From the NCBI RefSeq assembly GCF_001194135.2, contig NC_068987.1:38668905-38732904 (forward strand): a DNA stretch of 64,000 bases, in the 5' to 3' direction. The position numbers were made by a program, and so were the translations under genes. This document shows positions 26,011 to 40,100 of this stretch, in pieces (within the stretch, counting starts at the first letter, position 1; each line of letters begins with the position of its first letter). Source of the stretch: Octopus bimaculoides. Its lineage: Eukaryota. Below the pieces are notes generated by a model. It was not told the DNA's origin. It saw only the letters and a list, made by a program, of their open reading frames with translations, and did not search any database.

Positions 26011-27086
26011 TACGTATGTATATGTGTATGTATATATATATGTGTGTATATGTATGTGTATGTGTGCATGTATATATATAAATATATATGTGTGCGTATA
26101 TATATATACGCACACATTGGCTACTATCGCTCGACTTCTATCTTTCAGCAAGTCATGCAGCCATTGGAGAAGTTAAAGTCACCCAAAAGGAATACACTGA
26201 TGTGTTGTTCCAGTTTGGTGAGAACTTCTATCTTTGTTAGGTAGTCGTCAAACTTGCCTGTATGACTCGGAGCATACGGTGGGCGATATGTAGTACATAT
26301 AACAATATTAAGTTGTTTTATGGGTACAATTTGAGTGTCACACACTGAATTTGAATATGACAGCAGGACATAGGGCGTGAGGTCTTCTCGGATGTACACA
26401 GCAACTCCACCATGACTCCTCTCCTTTCTATCTAAGCGTATGACAACATATTGTGGTATGTGTATTTCTGCATCCCCTCTATCAGGTCTAAGATGCGTTT
26501 CCACAAGTACCATGCATAAAGCTTGATTGAATGCCGCAAGGTCTCTCAGGAATGAGATTTTTGTCTTACAGTTGCCGTGCAACAGCCCTCCTATATTTAG
26601 AAGAAATAGTTTTGTGACGTTTGTGTTGGTGTTACTGGTGGCTATCCTGTATCTGTAGTCGAGGGTAGCCTTGTGTAGAAGTGGGTGTAGTTCTCAGTTT
26701 GTGTTTGTAGCCATGTCAGCTACCGATTGCAAATAAGTGTGTGTAGCTAAGAAGTTAGTGTTGAAATCATGTGGTTTTGGGCTCTGTCACACTACGTGGC
26801 AATTTGAGCTAGTATCGTCTACTATAGACTTAATCGACCAATGCTTTGCGAATGAATTTGGTGGACGGAGATTGTGCAGAAGTCCTTTATGCAAGTATAT
26901 GTGTGTGTACGTGTTTGCATTTGTCTCACACTGCTTAACAACTATCGTAGGTTTGCTTACGTCTTCATAACCTATAAGCTGAACAAAAAGAGAACAGAAT
27001 TAGTATCAAACTCAAAATAAGAACTAAGATCGATGTCATTGAGTAAAAACCCTGGCGAATTGATTTTCCAATATGGCTGTAGTCGT

Positions 27087-27137
<51 letters not shown>

Positions 27138-29064
27138 CGTGCGTGTGTGCGTGCGTGTATGCGTGCGTGTATATGAGTGTGTGTGCTCGAGAGAAAATGA
27201 GGTACAGTGTATATGTATGCATGTGTGTGTATGTGTGTGTGTGTGTGTGTATGTGTATACACATATTTGGATTTGGTTAAACAGAGATGAGCGATAGATA
27301 GAAGAATATTGAGCTATACTTGATAACAGATGATGCCGTCGAGAGGTAGGCCCCACGTCGTGCATTCTCTCCTGATGACCCCATACGCTTGCTGGCTTCC
27401 AGTATTCGGAGTTTTCGACTGGTAGCACTTGCATGTGCAAGTTGTTTGCAAAGCACACACAGGCACACATACATACACATACATATATGTTTATATATGT
27501 TGTTAAACTAAAAATTAAAATCAATAATGGAGAAGTTAAAGAATTAAGACATTGGAAAGTCAAATATAGTCGTTGGATATTACCGAATGCGTGTTCGGTA
27601 TATGTACTGTGCGGTGATTTAGGTTGCAATTAGATTTGTGGTAAAATTTGAAGGTATGAAAAAGCGGTGGTTGCATCTACCTAGGGACTCATCATACTTA
27701 TTTAGTAGTATTGAAGAATTGTGTATTAATATGTGGAATGCCTCTTTTAGGAATAGCTTACGGGCTGAGCGTTGACCTTGGTATGGAATTCCTGAATCTA
27801 TTAGGGACCATGACAAGTTATATGAAGTATTCCTACTTTTGAGATGATGCATATTGTGGATTTACTGTGCTTCTCATATCTATTATATTATTATATATCT
27901 TATTATTCTTCCCTTCCTTTTTGAGGTTTATACTCACTTTAGTACATCACCCCTGTACCATTTTCTTTACCTATCTTTAGTACCTTTCAAACATATCACC
28001 CCACCTTCCACTTCTCATACCGCTGAAATGCTCTTTGCACCACCTCTATGTCAAACTGGATGTGTGGGCCAGAGCCCTGTCTTGAATGAAGATATAACGG
28101 CCACCAAAGGTTTCTGTGACCTAGGGTTACACTTTCTCATCCAACATTTCTGCATAAACTTCACTGTTGACCTTGACACCAGCATCGCTGAATATCACGC
28201 AAGACTTGTACCCATCAGATGCAACTGCAGCCCACACCATGAATAAAGCTGGTTTCTGACGGCGTTTAATGACTCCTGCTACCTTCGGGCAAATTTTCTT
28301 CATTACGTGCATAAAGCTTGTCATTCTCCCTGTTGGTAACTGCCCCCACAGTGAAGATCTTCTTGTCGGACTAGATCAACACTTTGTTAGCGGCGTCTTT
28401 CATCTCAGCTAACATGGTTTTACCCCTGTCGAACCCTTATTCTTGGAAGCTGCTGAAATTAACTGCCGAGATTGTTTCTTGTATGCAGTTAGCTTTAAAT
28501 CCTCTTTAAAAATCCCGTGCATTAATGGTTTTGAAATATCAAGAGCTTTTGCAGTTTCTCTTGCACTCTTGGAAGGATTTCGGTTCATTCGCTTCTTCAC
28601 AGCTTCAGCAGTATGAATTGATCGTTTCTTACCAGGATACCAGGAATTGGCTTGTTAGAGGTAGTAGTAGACGTCATATACCGTTTCCAGATATTGAACA
28701 CTGTTTTATGGCACACATTCAACTGTTTTGTTATGTCCTAGTTGCTCACGCCAACTATTTTCAAAGTGACAATCTGATCACATTTTGCTTTCGATACCAC
28801 ATTTGTTTACAAACCTGTTATAGACGAACGAAACAATAGACACATGAACAAAAGACATATGCAGATCTTTATGTGAAATGTAGATAATATTACCCCAAGC
28901 GATATTCTTTATGAAGAGTTTTAAACATGGGTAAATCTTTCTGAGACATCCTGTATATGTGAGTTAGTTGCAAAAATATCTGGAGTTAAATTTGATTTCT
29001 TGAGTTTTGAGATGTTTTGAGAGTGGTTGGGATGTTCTTTGTTGTTTTGAATGTATATATGTTT

Positions 29065-29139
<75 letters not shown>

Positions 29140-29719
29140 TATATATGTGTGTGTGTTTGTATATGTGTGGTAAATTTTTGGACTTGGTTCCAGAGAGAAA
29201 AAGGCTTTGATGTCTCTAAAATACCAATACAAAAACAAGATTTTTAATATATACATAGAATAGACAGAAGCATGTTTTCGTGGGGAAAGCTGTTCACTTC
29301 ACCACTTCGTGGTTCATATTCGATCCCACTGCATAACAAGTGTATTCTATTGTCACGGGTTATGTGTGAGAGTGTGTGAGTGTGTGCGTGTGTGTGTGTG
29401 CGCGCGCGCGCGCGCGTGGTGTGTGTTTGTGTGTTTATGTGTATATGAGTCCAAGTCTATATTTATATCGATATAGAAAACTGTGTTGTATTATATATGC
29501 TGTGACCTTTTATTTTGACAAGTAGTACTGAATGAAATTAATACCAGTCTGAAATAAGTATTGGGGTCGGAATTATTGAGTACCCGCTCGAATGTAGTAC
29601 TCCAAAATGGCTGTAGTCCAACTACGTGTTTAAGTCATAGGAACGTGACCGTTCTAGTGCACAACATCAAAGTTTTAATCGATTAAACCAACCTCAATAA
29701 TTATTTTAAGTTTGATACT

Positions 29720-29764
<45 letters not shown>

Positions 29765-30105
29765 GTATTACCTGCATCGCCCAGATTATCGAAGGTTATT
29801 ATTCCCTTATACGCTTCTTCTGCTCAACTCTTTCCAAAGCTAGGTCTTCCTAGTATTTTACGGTGATATCAGTATTTTCAGGTTGCTTTTTATGCAGACT
29901 TTGTACCGAGGATGCTTTCCAGTGCACATTTCACCGTAGAACAGTTGCTTTAGAATCCTTTTATCTTACATACGTACAACATTGCTTGTCCAACGCATTT
30001 GAGTAGATACGATGACAGACTGGATGCCTATTCATACACACATACACACGCACATATATATATATGTGTGTGTGTGTGCGCGCACGCACACACACAGACA
30101 CACAC

Positions 30106-30154
<49 letters not shown>

Positions 30155-32983
30155 AATAAGCAGATAGATCACTACTTAGTGTTTGGGGGATAGCTGAAAT
30201 GTAAGGCGTACTTTTTCATACCAATATTATTAATTAATTGCTGTTGATAGTGCATATACTGACTTGTTAAGCTTAGACCAATTTTGAATACACATCAAAT
30301 AGCAATAAACTAATCATTTCTTTGATGACAACATATAAGTATTCTTTCTTTGATGATGGTTTAACGACACCAGAAACTATTTCGAGATATCCCTTTTTCT
30401 GTCAACGAAAGATCAAAACCTTGGGAGCAGTCGCTTTACTTACGTTTCATTGCAATGTCAAACTTTAATGCTTATTAAAACGGGATATCTTACATTTAAA
30501 ATTATGCATGAGTGCACGCATGAGTGCACGCATGAGTGCATATGTATTATGTATGCAAGTATGTGTATTAATGAGCGTTTCTTTGTATGTTTGCTTCACA
30601 TGTGCTTATTCTTGATAAAGCAAGGTGGAAAGTCCAATATATACAAGAAAAGGAATAGTTCAGCATAATACTATAAGTTTATAATCTGAACTTGTTAAAG
30701 ATATCAAACTAACCGCGTAAATTATAGCGTTGCCCCCAATTTTTTACCCCTTTGTTTTTATGCTTTTCTTCAGTTAATTCCTAAAGAAATTTGGCATCAT
30801 TTTCTTAAGACAAAAAAAAAAATAGTAAAAGGATACCAAACATTCTGATCTGACAACTACTAATGAGGCACAATATGTTTAAGAAAACCTCTAAGACAAT
30901 GGATGATAGAAATTGGGGTGAAGTAACAGCACTCATTATTTCTTTCGAGTTTGGATGGGAAATAAAAATAGAAAACTTAAAAATACCTTATGTGTCTTGG
31001 GAGGGTCATTACGCCGGTAATAATAAACACACACACAGGTTCTATATCACTTCTTTATCGTTAATCAATCTGTAAAATATCTAACCAACTAACTAATCGA
31101 TGGTTTGTTTAATGCGTGTTAAACGTACGATCGATTAGTTAGTTGGTTAATCAACTGCCGATGTGACTATCACTCACATGTGGGTCTTGGCATTTGCAAC
31201 AGACGCTACTTTTCTAAGCCCGAAGCAAGACTTTCCAGTTTTCCTGACGGAGATTCATGGTCTCGCGGGACAGACTGATACCTCTAAACATACATACATA
31301 CATACATACATACATACATACATACGTATGTATGTAATGTATGTGCGTACGTGCACACACATACACACACACGCACGCACACCACACATACACACACGCA
31401 CACACACACATACACACACACACTCACGTATCATATATGATTGAAATAATATAGCATAAAATCGTGATATTTAATCATAAAAATAGAAAAAAAATCTATA
31501 TTTTTTTCGATTAAACTCAAAAAAATTTAATGAGCTATTTAGTTAGTAGGGTTCAGTTGAAGAATTTTCTAGTACTTATTGTATGATTTAGTTTTAGAAA
31601 CTGCAAAGTTTATATTATATAGCATTACTTCTGCCGTCTTTCTATGTCTAGTAGTTCCACAAACGTTTTTGGAGCTAAGATAAACCCCGAAATTGTTATC
31701 AAATTGCTAACCTCCACAGGGTCTGCTTAACTGCTGTAAATGAGTTCGAGTGGGAAGCATGCCATGAGCTATTTCTGGATATTCTGAGGTGTCACCTTGT
31801 CGGACAAATTTCAGTAGACTGGGTTTCTTTACTGATCCTGGCTGTGTTGGATGATGTAAGGTCTTCAAATCATTACAAACGGCAAAGAAATCTAAACTTG
31901 ATGAGTGTTCTATAATATTTAAGATGAAAATTAAAGGAAAAATCAACAGCAAATGTCTTTCTTTTTGGGCGGGGTGAATATGTAGATATTTACTATTGAT
32001 TTTCACTGTAGCAAAACAATTTAAGGCAAACATTCGAAGTAAACTTTGAAATTTAATCTAAAGCAAATAATTCACCACACATTTTTCAGAGAAAAATTCC
32101 GTTATTTGCATTCTTGGAAAATTAGGTCCTATATTAAACTGGCTTCAACTAAAAGTAAAACAAATTTGAGGATTTGATTTATTTTATGCTTACCTTTTTC
32201 TCTCGAACACTAATTACTCCTTTTAGTATAGAACACAAATAATGAAATAATTATAGTCATAAAGTGTTTTCATTAATTTTTCATTAATTCTAAAGGTCAA
32301 ATAATTTGCTTAGTAAAACAAATAGTTCAAAAATACTGGTCTTTAGAGCACTTCTTTTATTCTTTTCATATAAAAACTATGGATGAATAATGTAATTATA
32401 TTACTCTAATATAAGTAAACATGAATTCAAATATGTCATTACTACTAAAACTGTTGTAAAAAATCTGAATATATATGTAAATTTAAAAATATGCAAGAGT
32501 AACAAAAAGAAATGATAAAAGAAATCATAATTTTTAATATAGTACGAACACATATTTGAGATTCTGTCTCTACCCAAATCAGAACCAATAAACGCTTTGA
32601 GATATTCTGATAATCGAGATGAGATGGGACTGACAGTCTGTCTATTGACTGAAACAAAAAGTACTTGAAATTGCCTGGATGTTACATGTCTACCAGTCAA
32701 ATACTTTTGTTAGTGCTATGTTGAACATTCAAAGGAATATAAGAGCAACGTCAAATCAAGTGGCACTAGAATATATTTTGTAACGGAATTTGTCGTTATT
32801 TAACATTACGAATTAACTGCAGCAATTCTGTTTAAACTTATCGGAAACATCCCATTATAAGCACCAATTTGAAACAGAAGGAAAACAGAAGAGATAAATG
32901 AGTTAATCTAGGTCTGTTTCTTCTGCTTCAAATTTTAAAATATGAATAAGCAAGTCTGTATTAAAATTGCAACATACTGTTAC

Positions 32984-33025
<42 letters not shown>

Positions 33026-33594
33026 GTCTGTCTGTCTATCTGTCTGTCTGCCTGTCTGGCTGGCTGGTTGGCTGTCTACATACACACGCGCACGCACACA
33101 CATACACACACACGCACACACACACACGCGCACACACACACACACACACACACACATACATATATGTAAATGCATATATCATACTATCATAGGTGCAGGC
33201 GTCGCTATGTGGTAAGAAGTTTGCTTCCCAGTCACATAATTCCGGGTTCAGTCCCACTGCGTGGCACCTTGGGCAAATGTCTTCCACTATAGCCTTGGAC
33301 AGACCAAATTCTTGTGAATGGATTTGGTAGACGGAAACTGAAGGAAGCCCGTCGTGTCTTTGAGTCTGTGTTTGTCCCCACCACTGCTCGACAACCAGTG
33401 CTGGTATGTCCACGTCCCCGTAACTTAGTGATTCGGCAAAAGAGATCGATAAAATAAGTACCAGGCTTATAAAAGTAAGTACTGGGGTTACTACATTCGA
33501 CTAAAAAGTCTTCAAGGCGGTACTCCAACATGGCCATAGTTTGAAACAAGTAAAAAAGATAAATGATATCTATCTATCTATCTATCTATCTATA

Positions 33595-33631
<37 letters not shown>

Positions 33632-34048
33632 CAAAGAAGTAAGGACCAAAATCCTTCAAAGGGATGTTAAACATCCAGACCGCCGGTTCAATCCGAGCAA
33701 AGAATATATAAAAACTATATATTTAATATTGGTATAATTAATAGATAAAGTATAAGGAAAGGAAAAAATATAAGTGTAGACGATCTTTTAATACAAAGTT
33801 GGTACAAATCCGATAAAGATTCTTCAAGTTGTTTCCAAGCCTAATTAATTCCAAAACAAAACGAAAAAAATAATCNNNNNNNNNNNNNNNNNNNNNNNNN
33901 NNNNNNNNNNNNNNNNNNNNNNNNNNNNNNNNNNNNNNNNNNNNNNNNNNNNNNNNNNNNNNNNNNNNNNNNNNNNNNNNNNNNNNNNNNNNNNNNNNNN
34001 NNNNNNNNNNNNNNNNNNNNNNNNNNNNNNNNNNNNNNNNNNNNNNNN

Positions 34049-34103
<55 letters not shown>

Positions 34104-37100
34104 AGTGAGAGTGATAGTAATGGCAAAGAAGTGCTTTTAAATAAAACAATACACAAATGTATAGAAAGCATATATTTCATTAAGTAATGTAAAACACATG
34201 GAAGAATACTGCTGAAAGTTGCAGAGGGCAAGTGATTTTGTGAAGAGCAGTTAAGCTGAAGCAATTTTGTCTTCGAATCGCATGACCCACCTCTACAGTT
34301 ACCTTTTGGAGCTGCAAGATAACCTCTAGCCTGTTGAATCTCAGGTAACAACTTCGGATATTCAGCACTTATACATTCCTTGATTGTTCTCTCAGTAGCT
34401 TCTGGATTATTTCCTCTTTGAGCAGGCTCAAGTCTCGCGCGCAGGGATTTAAAGGGTTTTATACCTGGTAATCACATTTTTTAGCAATATATAATCTCAT
34501 TTTATATGTCATATCGCATTATTTTCGCATTATATTATATCGCATTATATTTTACTATATGTTAAAGTTATATTATTACACTGGAATTTGTAAGTGTAGC
34601 CATATAGAATAGGTAATATGTTGTTTTGTACTTTTAGATCTAATTGAAATTCAGCTTTCAATCTAGTGTTAATGACTGGAATCAACTCACCAGGTTCCCT
34701 GCCTACTACGCACATGACGCGCATCTTATAAAGAGAGGGGTGTGTAAATATAACGTACTTTCTTTGACTTGCACATCCATTTAAAATCTTACTGCCTCTA
34801 TAGCTTTTATGGTATTCATCTGCAATCAAACATGCTTCTGAGTCAATCATGGACGTGTTCAACTACAAAATTTTAGGAAATGTTTCCATTTGCAAACCTT
34901 GTTCGAAATAAATATTTCACATATTAATTCTAATTGTTAATTCACAGTTAATTCTAATTGAATGGCATAAATGTTTTGTAATTACTCTGGAAATATATGG
35001 AGAATAAATAAGTTCATAATTAAATTAAACTAGGACTGATTCATTAGAAGATACATGCTTAAATGAAAGATAAAAGTTAAGTAATAGTTGGCAGTAGTCA
35101 GTTTTCAAAAACTTTCGGATACATTGTTTCTGGGACTAAACTTTATTCTAACACACACACACACACACACACGCGCGCGCGCGACAACGTGTCTAATTAA
35201 TTAATGAAAATTAATTCAGGCCTCATCAAGTATNNNNNNNNNNNNNNNNNNNNNNNNNNNNNNNNNNNNNNNNNNNNNNNNNNNNNNNNNNNNNNNNNNN
35301 NNNNNNNNNNNNNNNNNNNNNNNNNNNNNNNNNNNNNNNNNNNNNNNNNNNNNNNNNNNNNNNNNNNNNNNNNNNNNNNNNNNNNNNNNNNNNNNNNNNN
35401 NNNNNNNNNNNNNNNNNNNNNNNNNNNNNNNNNNNNNNNNNNNNNNNNNNNNNNNNNNNNNNNNNNNNNNNNNNNNNNNNNNNNNNNNNNNNNNNNNNNN
35501 NNNNNNNNNNNNNNNNNNNNNNNNNNNNNNNNNNNNNNNNNNNNNNNNNNNNNNNNNNNNNNNNNNNNNNNNNNNNNNNNNNNNNNNNNNNNNNNNNNNN
35601 NNNNNNNNNNNNNNNNNNNNNNNNNNNNNNNNNNNNNNNNNNNNNNNNNNNNNNNNATATAAAATATGACATACCTATATAGATAATATAGATAAAAGAA
35701 AAAAAAACATGTAGTAAATAAACAAACGAACATATACTAAATACACAGTTATTCTTCATGTTCAATGGTGTGACCATCTAACTTGTTGAAAATTCCTTTT
35801 GTCTTAATGCACAAGGCCAGAGCCACTGTCAATGTAATTGTTGACAAAAAAGTTATTGAGACTGTAACAGGCATCTGCCTGCAATGAGAATACAAAGATA
35901 CTCGAAATCCATTTGGCAATCACAATACATGTACACACACATTTGTGTATATGTACATATAGATAATATATATTATGTGTATATGTGTGTGTAAATTTTT
36001 GTGATTGTTGATCTCTTATATTCTATATATCATACATTAGTGAACAATGTGGAACAACTAAACCTGTCAAAAGGTTGTAGAAAGATATTGAGAGTATGAG
36101 CGGAAGTAGATGATAAAGCGACTGTAATATTGGCAAAGCAAATTAAATGTGAGCAAAAGTACTTCCATTTGAAGCAAGACGTGATATGATTCCAAAAGCA
36201 GCTTTATAGAATTAACGATAATTTGCTGTACAAAATATTTGGGAACATTTTTTTTTTATCTAAAGCTTGATATCTGTTCTATATTTGGCATTAGATGAAT
36301 AGCTAAAAGTTATTGCTCAAATATAGAGAAGAAAAAACATATTAAAATATCTTACTGTAATTTTCATTATACTGAGTATAATGAAAGTTTAATGCTATTA
36401 AAAATGCAAGGTTGTACAAAAGAACATTCTGACAGATTTTATTTAAACTGAAATTAAAGAAACAACTATTTAAAGCTGTCACAAAAGCTAAGAAAGTATT
36501 GAAGCCTAATTCAATATTTATGGGCTTTTTCGCAGAAGCTGACTAAAACCAACCTGATGCGCGGTCCTCTTCCATAAAATCAAGAGCATAGCGAGCTAAC
36601 TGGATATCAGACATCAATTCTGGATGTCCGGATCCAATGCATTCTTCAATCGCATTTTCTAATGTCGATTTATCGTTTTGTCTTTTTGCTTGGTCAAGTT
36701 TAATGCGCAGGGAATCGGGGGTCTTTACTCCTGGTGAAGGAAAATAACTGTCAGTAATTTAAAATTTTGATAAACCTTTAGCAAAAGCTATCAAGGAAAA
36801 AAGACATTTTTGAATATTGCACTGCCATTTATATAATGATTTTCTCCAGAAGTTAATCACCTAACTTGCAAACATTTACAATCACACGGATTGCAAATTC
36901 TTCGTACTGTTTCAGCATTTATTGACATATCTCTTTTCATCCGCAGCTCTATTGAGTGAGAATCTCTCGAACAGGTCCCGCTTTATATCAAAGATCTACA
37001 CGATGTCGTATAAAACCAGTTACATATAAACGAATGCTCGATTACAGGACTTTATACGCCTATATACTTCCTTCGTCTACTGAAAAGTTAACAAACTATC

Positions 37101-40100
37101 ATCAAAGAAGAACCTTAAATCATTTTGGAACAGAGAAACTTAGTTTCATTCACTGGTTCCTAAATAAATTGCATTATATATATAAGAACACGCACTCACT
37201 CATACGCGCGCGCGCACACACATATACATACATAATTTTCGATACTATATATCTATATATATATATATATATATAGAAAATGCACATATAAAGACTAACA
37301 ATCTATGACACTTGAAGTAGTTACCACAGCTAAGTAATCTTGTCTTTTCAGAATATACCCACTCAAAACTCTAATTATTTATATTGGGCAACTTAGTAAC
37401 ATACGAGAGAACTGCTTATGCTTCTTGAATGTCATACTCTGCACAGACATTAACTCACATTCTAGTACATAGGCAAACACATATTTAATAAACATTCAGG
37501 TTTTCTATACATACAAAATTCTCCTTCTGCTATTAATTCTTAAGTGGACAGTACTTATATTCTCCATATAGTTACAATTAAAGCAACCTCATCCTCTCAT
37601 TACATGCAATGGGATGCAAATGTAATAAACATATTGAATAATCATGCTCTCAGATGCATTCCATTAACATGTCTTTTTCGCCATTAACCTCCAGTAAGTA
37701 TAACTAACATTCAGCATCTTCATTGAAGTATCAATACTCATATATTGTTTCATTGCAATATATTATTTGAAAGTAACAGAAACCACAACACCAATACTTA
37801 TTTCTCTTTTTACTCAGACATTCAAAAGCTTTGCACAAATATTCAGTGCATTTTCTAAGTGAATTATAATAAACTAACCTCCACGACCATAACCCAAACT
37901 TTCCATAGTATCTCTCGCTTTGCAAAGAATACCGGAGATTTCTGGATAACCAGCTTCTTCAGCTTCACAAATTGCATTGTCTAATAGTGATTTGTTTTTC
38001 TGGTTGATAGCTGTCCTTAGTTGATCTCTGATTTTTGCTGCTGAAGTAATATCTAGTTGATGATAAACCCAACAGTCACAGATTTTTTTTTAAATAGAAA
38101 GAAAATACATATAAAACAAAGCGCAGATATTAGAATTTCAAATAAAATATGAATTTCAAGCATTCAAATAGACGTAACTAATTTAAATTTATTTCTCTAA
38201 ATATTAATAAGTACACGTGTTATTTGATAAGAACATTAATATTTGTAGTAATTCAGAAATATTTTCCGCTCATTTACTCAGATTACAGAATTATACAGTA
38301 AATAATGCTAATATATGGGATTACTAGATGAGTAAGATAAATTTATTCTATAATCTTATGAACACTCTTCAAATTTAAAAATGCTGATCACTATCAGAAG
38401 GAAGCCTCAGGTATTGGAGAAGTAACAAATATTATATGAACAATAGCTTTATCCGTCTTTCTGGTGTTAAGTACTCATTCTACTTCTTCGTTATCAACAT
38501 TTAAGTGTGTGTGTGTGCGTGTGTGTATGTGTGTGCGCGCGCACAAGTGTGTGGGTGTGTATTGTAGTAAAATTAATAAGAAGAGTACAGTGAATTTGCA
38601 GTGGGGAATGAAAAAAGTTGAAAAGAGAGACAGTTTTATATTCTCTATGTTAAAAAAAAAATTAAATAAAATTAAAAAAAGATTGCAGTTGGATGTGAAA
38701 GTGTGTACTTTAAATATTTGTCGTAAAGCTACATAGTTTCACTGTTTATATTATCATCATTCCCACACTTGAATGGGAGATTTTTTTAGACACTACTCCC
38801 TCTTTACACACACACACACATATATGATGTGTGTTTGTGCTTCTTTATATGCCAGACAAAGTCAATGTCATTGTTTTGATGTTACCACCAGAATTTGAAT
38901 TTCGACCTTTAAATTTATACGTCATTAGTCAGATGTTTTTCTTTTGAGTGTGACTAGTGTGTGTTGTATGTGCATTTAACATTCCACTATGTTATTAATA
39001 TAGCTTCCATTAGTAATCGCTTAATTTATTTAACAACTCAGTTGAGCATAGAAGTGTTTCCCACTAACCTTTGCTTATCAAGTTCTGTCATGTGCTTTAT
39101 AACTTAGTGCATTGTAATTGCTCTTTGATGAAAACGTATGAAGAACCGATGGGTGAGAGTGTGTGTGAGTATATATGCGTTCATGCATGTGTAAATGTAT
39201 ATGTGTGTAATTATAAAGTCATTTTCAAATACGCACACACATATGCATATATATATATTACATATGTAAATTATTTCTAACCATATATGAGTGCGTGTGT
39301 GTATGCGCGCGCGAGCGCTTGTTTGTGCGCGTACGCGAGTTGTGTGTGTGTGCGTGCGCGCGCATTTGTGCATGTGCGTGTGCGTGTATAGACACATTTC
39401 CTGTGTTTCTAATGTGAATGTTTGCATCAGTGCAAATTATAGCAACATTATTATGATTACATTGGTGATGAAAACATTGACATTGTGATGAAAAATATCA
39501 TTAAATAACATCTTACGTCCATCCCCGCCTTGTAAGATGTTCAAAGACTTTCGCGCGTTATCAACATCACTTTGAAGTTCAGGATAGCCGGCAGCAATAC
39601 ATCTCTTAATAGCTGATGCGATTTCATTTTCATCTTTTAGCTTAATACTATCCTTAAGTTTGTCTCGAAAAATGCTGGGTGATGTATTCCCTGGTAATTG
39701 ATAAAATACCACTTGGTACTTAATTTCATGCATCAAGATATATTTTGTTTTTCAGATTGTTATTGATCTTTCATTTTCCTTTAAATTTAAATTAAATGAA
39801 AACTTATTAAAGATATAATTGCTTAATACCTATCATAATAAATAATCCTGCTTGATCATGAGGACGGCTACACACAACAAAAATACCAGCAACGGTTAAT
39901 GATCAGAAAACTTTGTTAGGATGTTAGGACTCCATGAAATAGTTTAGAGGTCCATAACTACACAAATTCATGAAAATAGAATTTTATTTACATTAAATAT
40001 TTAAAGAGGAACTCTTAAAATCCCTTCTAAAATCCTTAATCATGCAGCTGGCATTTTGTACCAAATTGTGAAAGTTTGAAGTAAATGTTCACTTTATCAT

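Noticed and set aside
32401-32648. Possible extra repeat exon (tttgtttcag|TC AAT ... [15 protein letters not shown])
   Set aside because: Good phase-1 acceptor and an SP motif, but no AG-YPEL or AR motif and no suitable donor; cannot be distinguished from chance.
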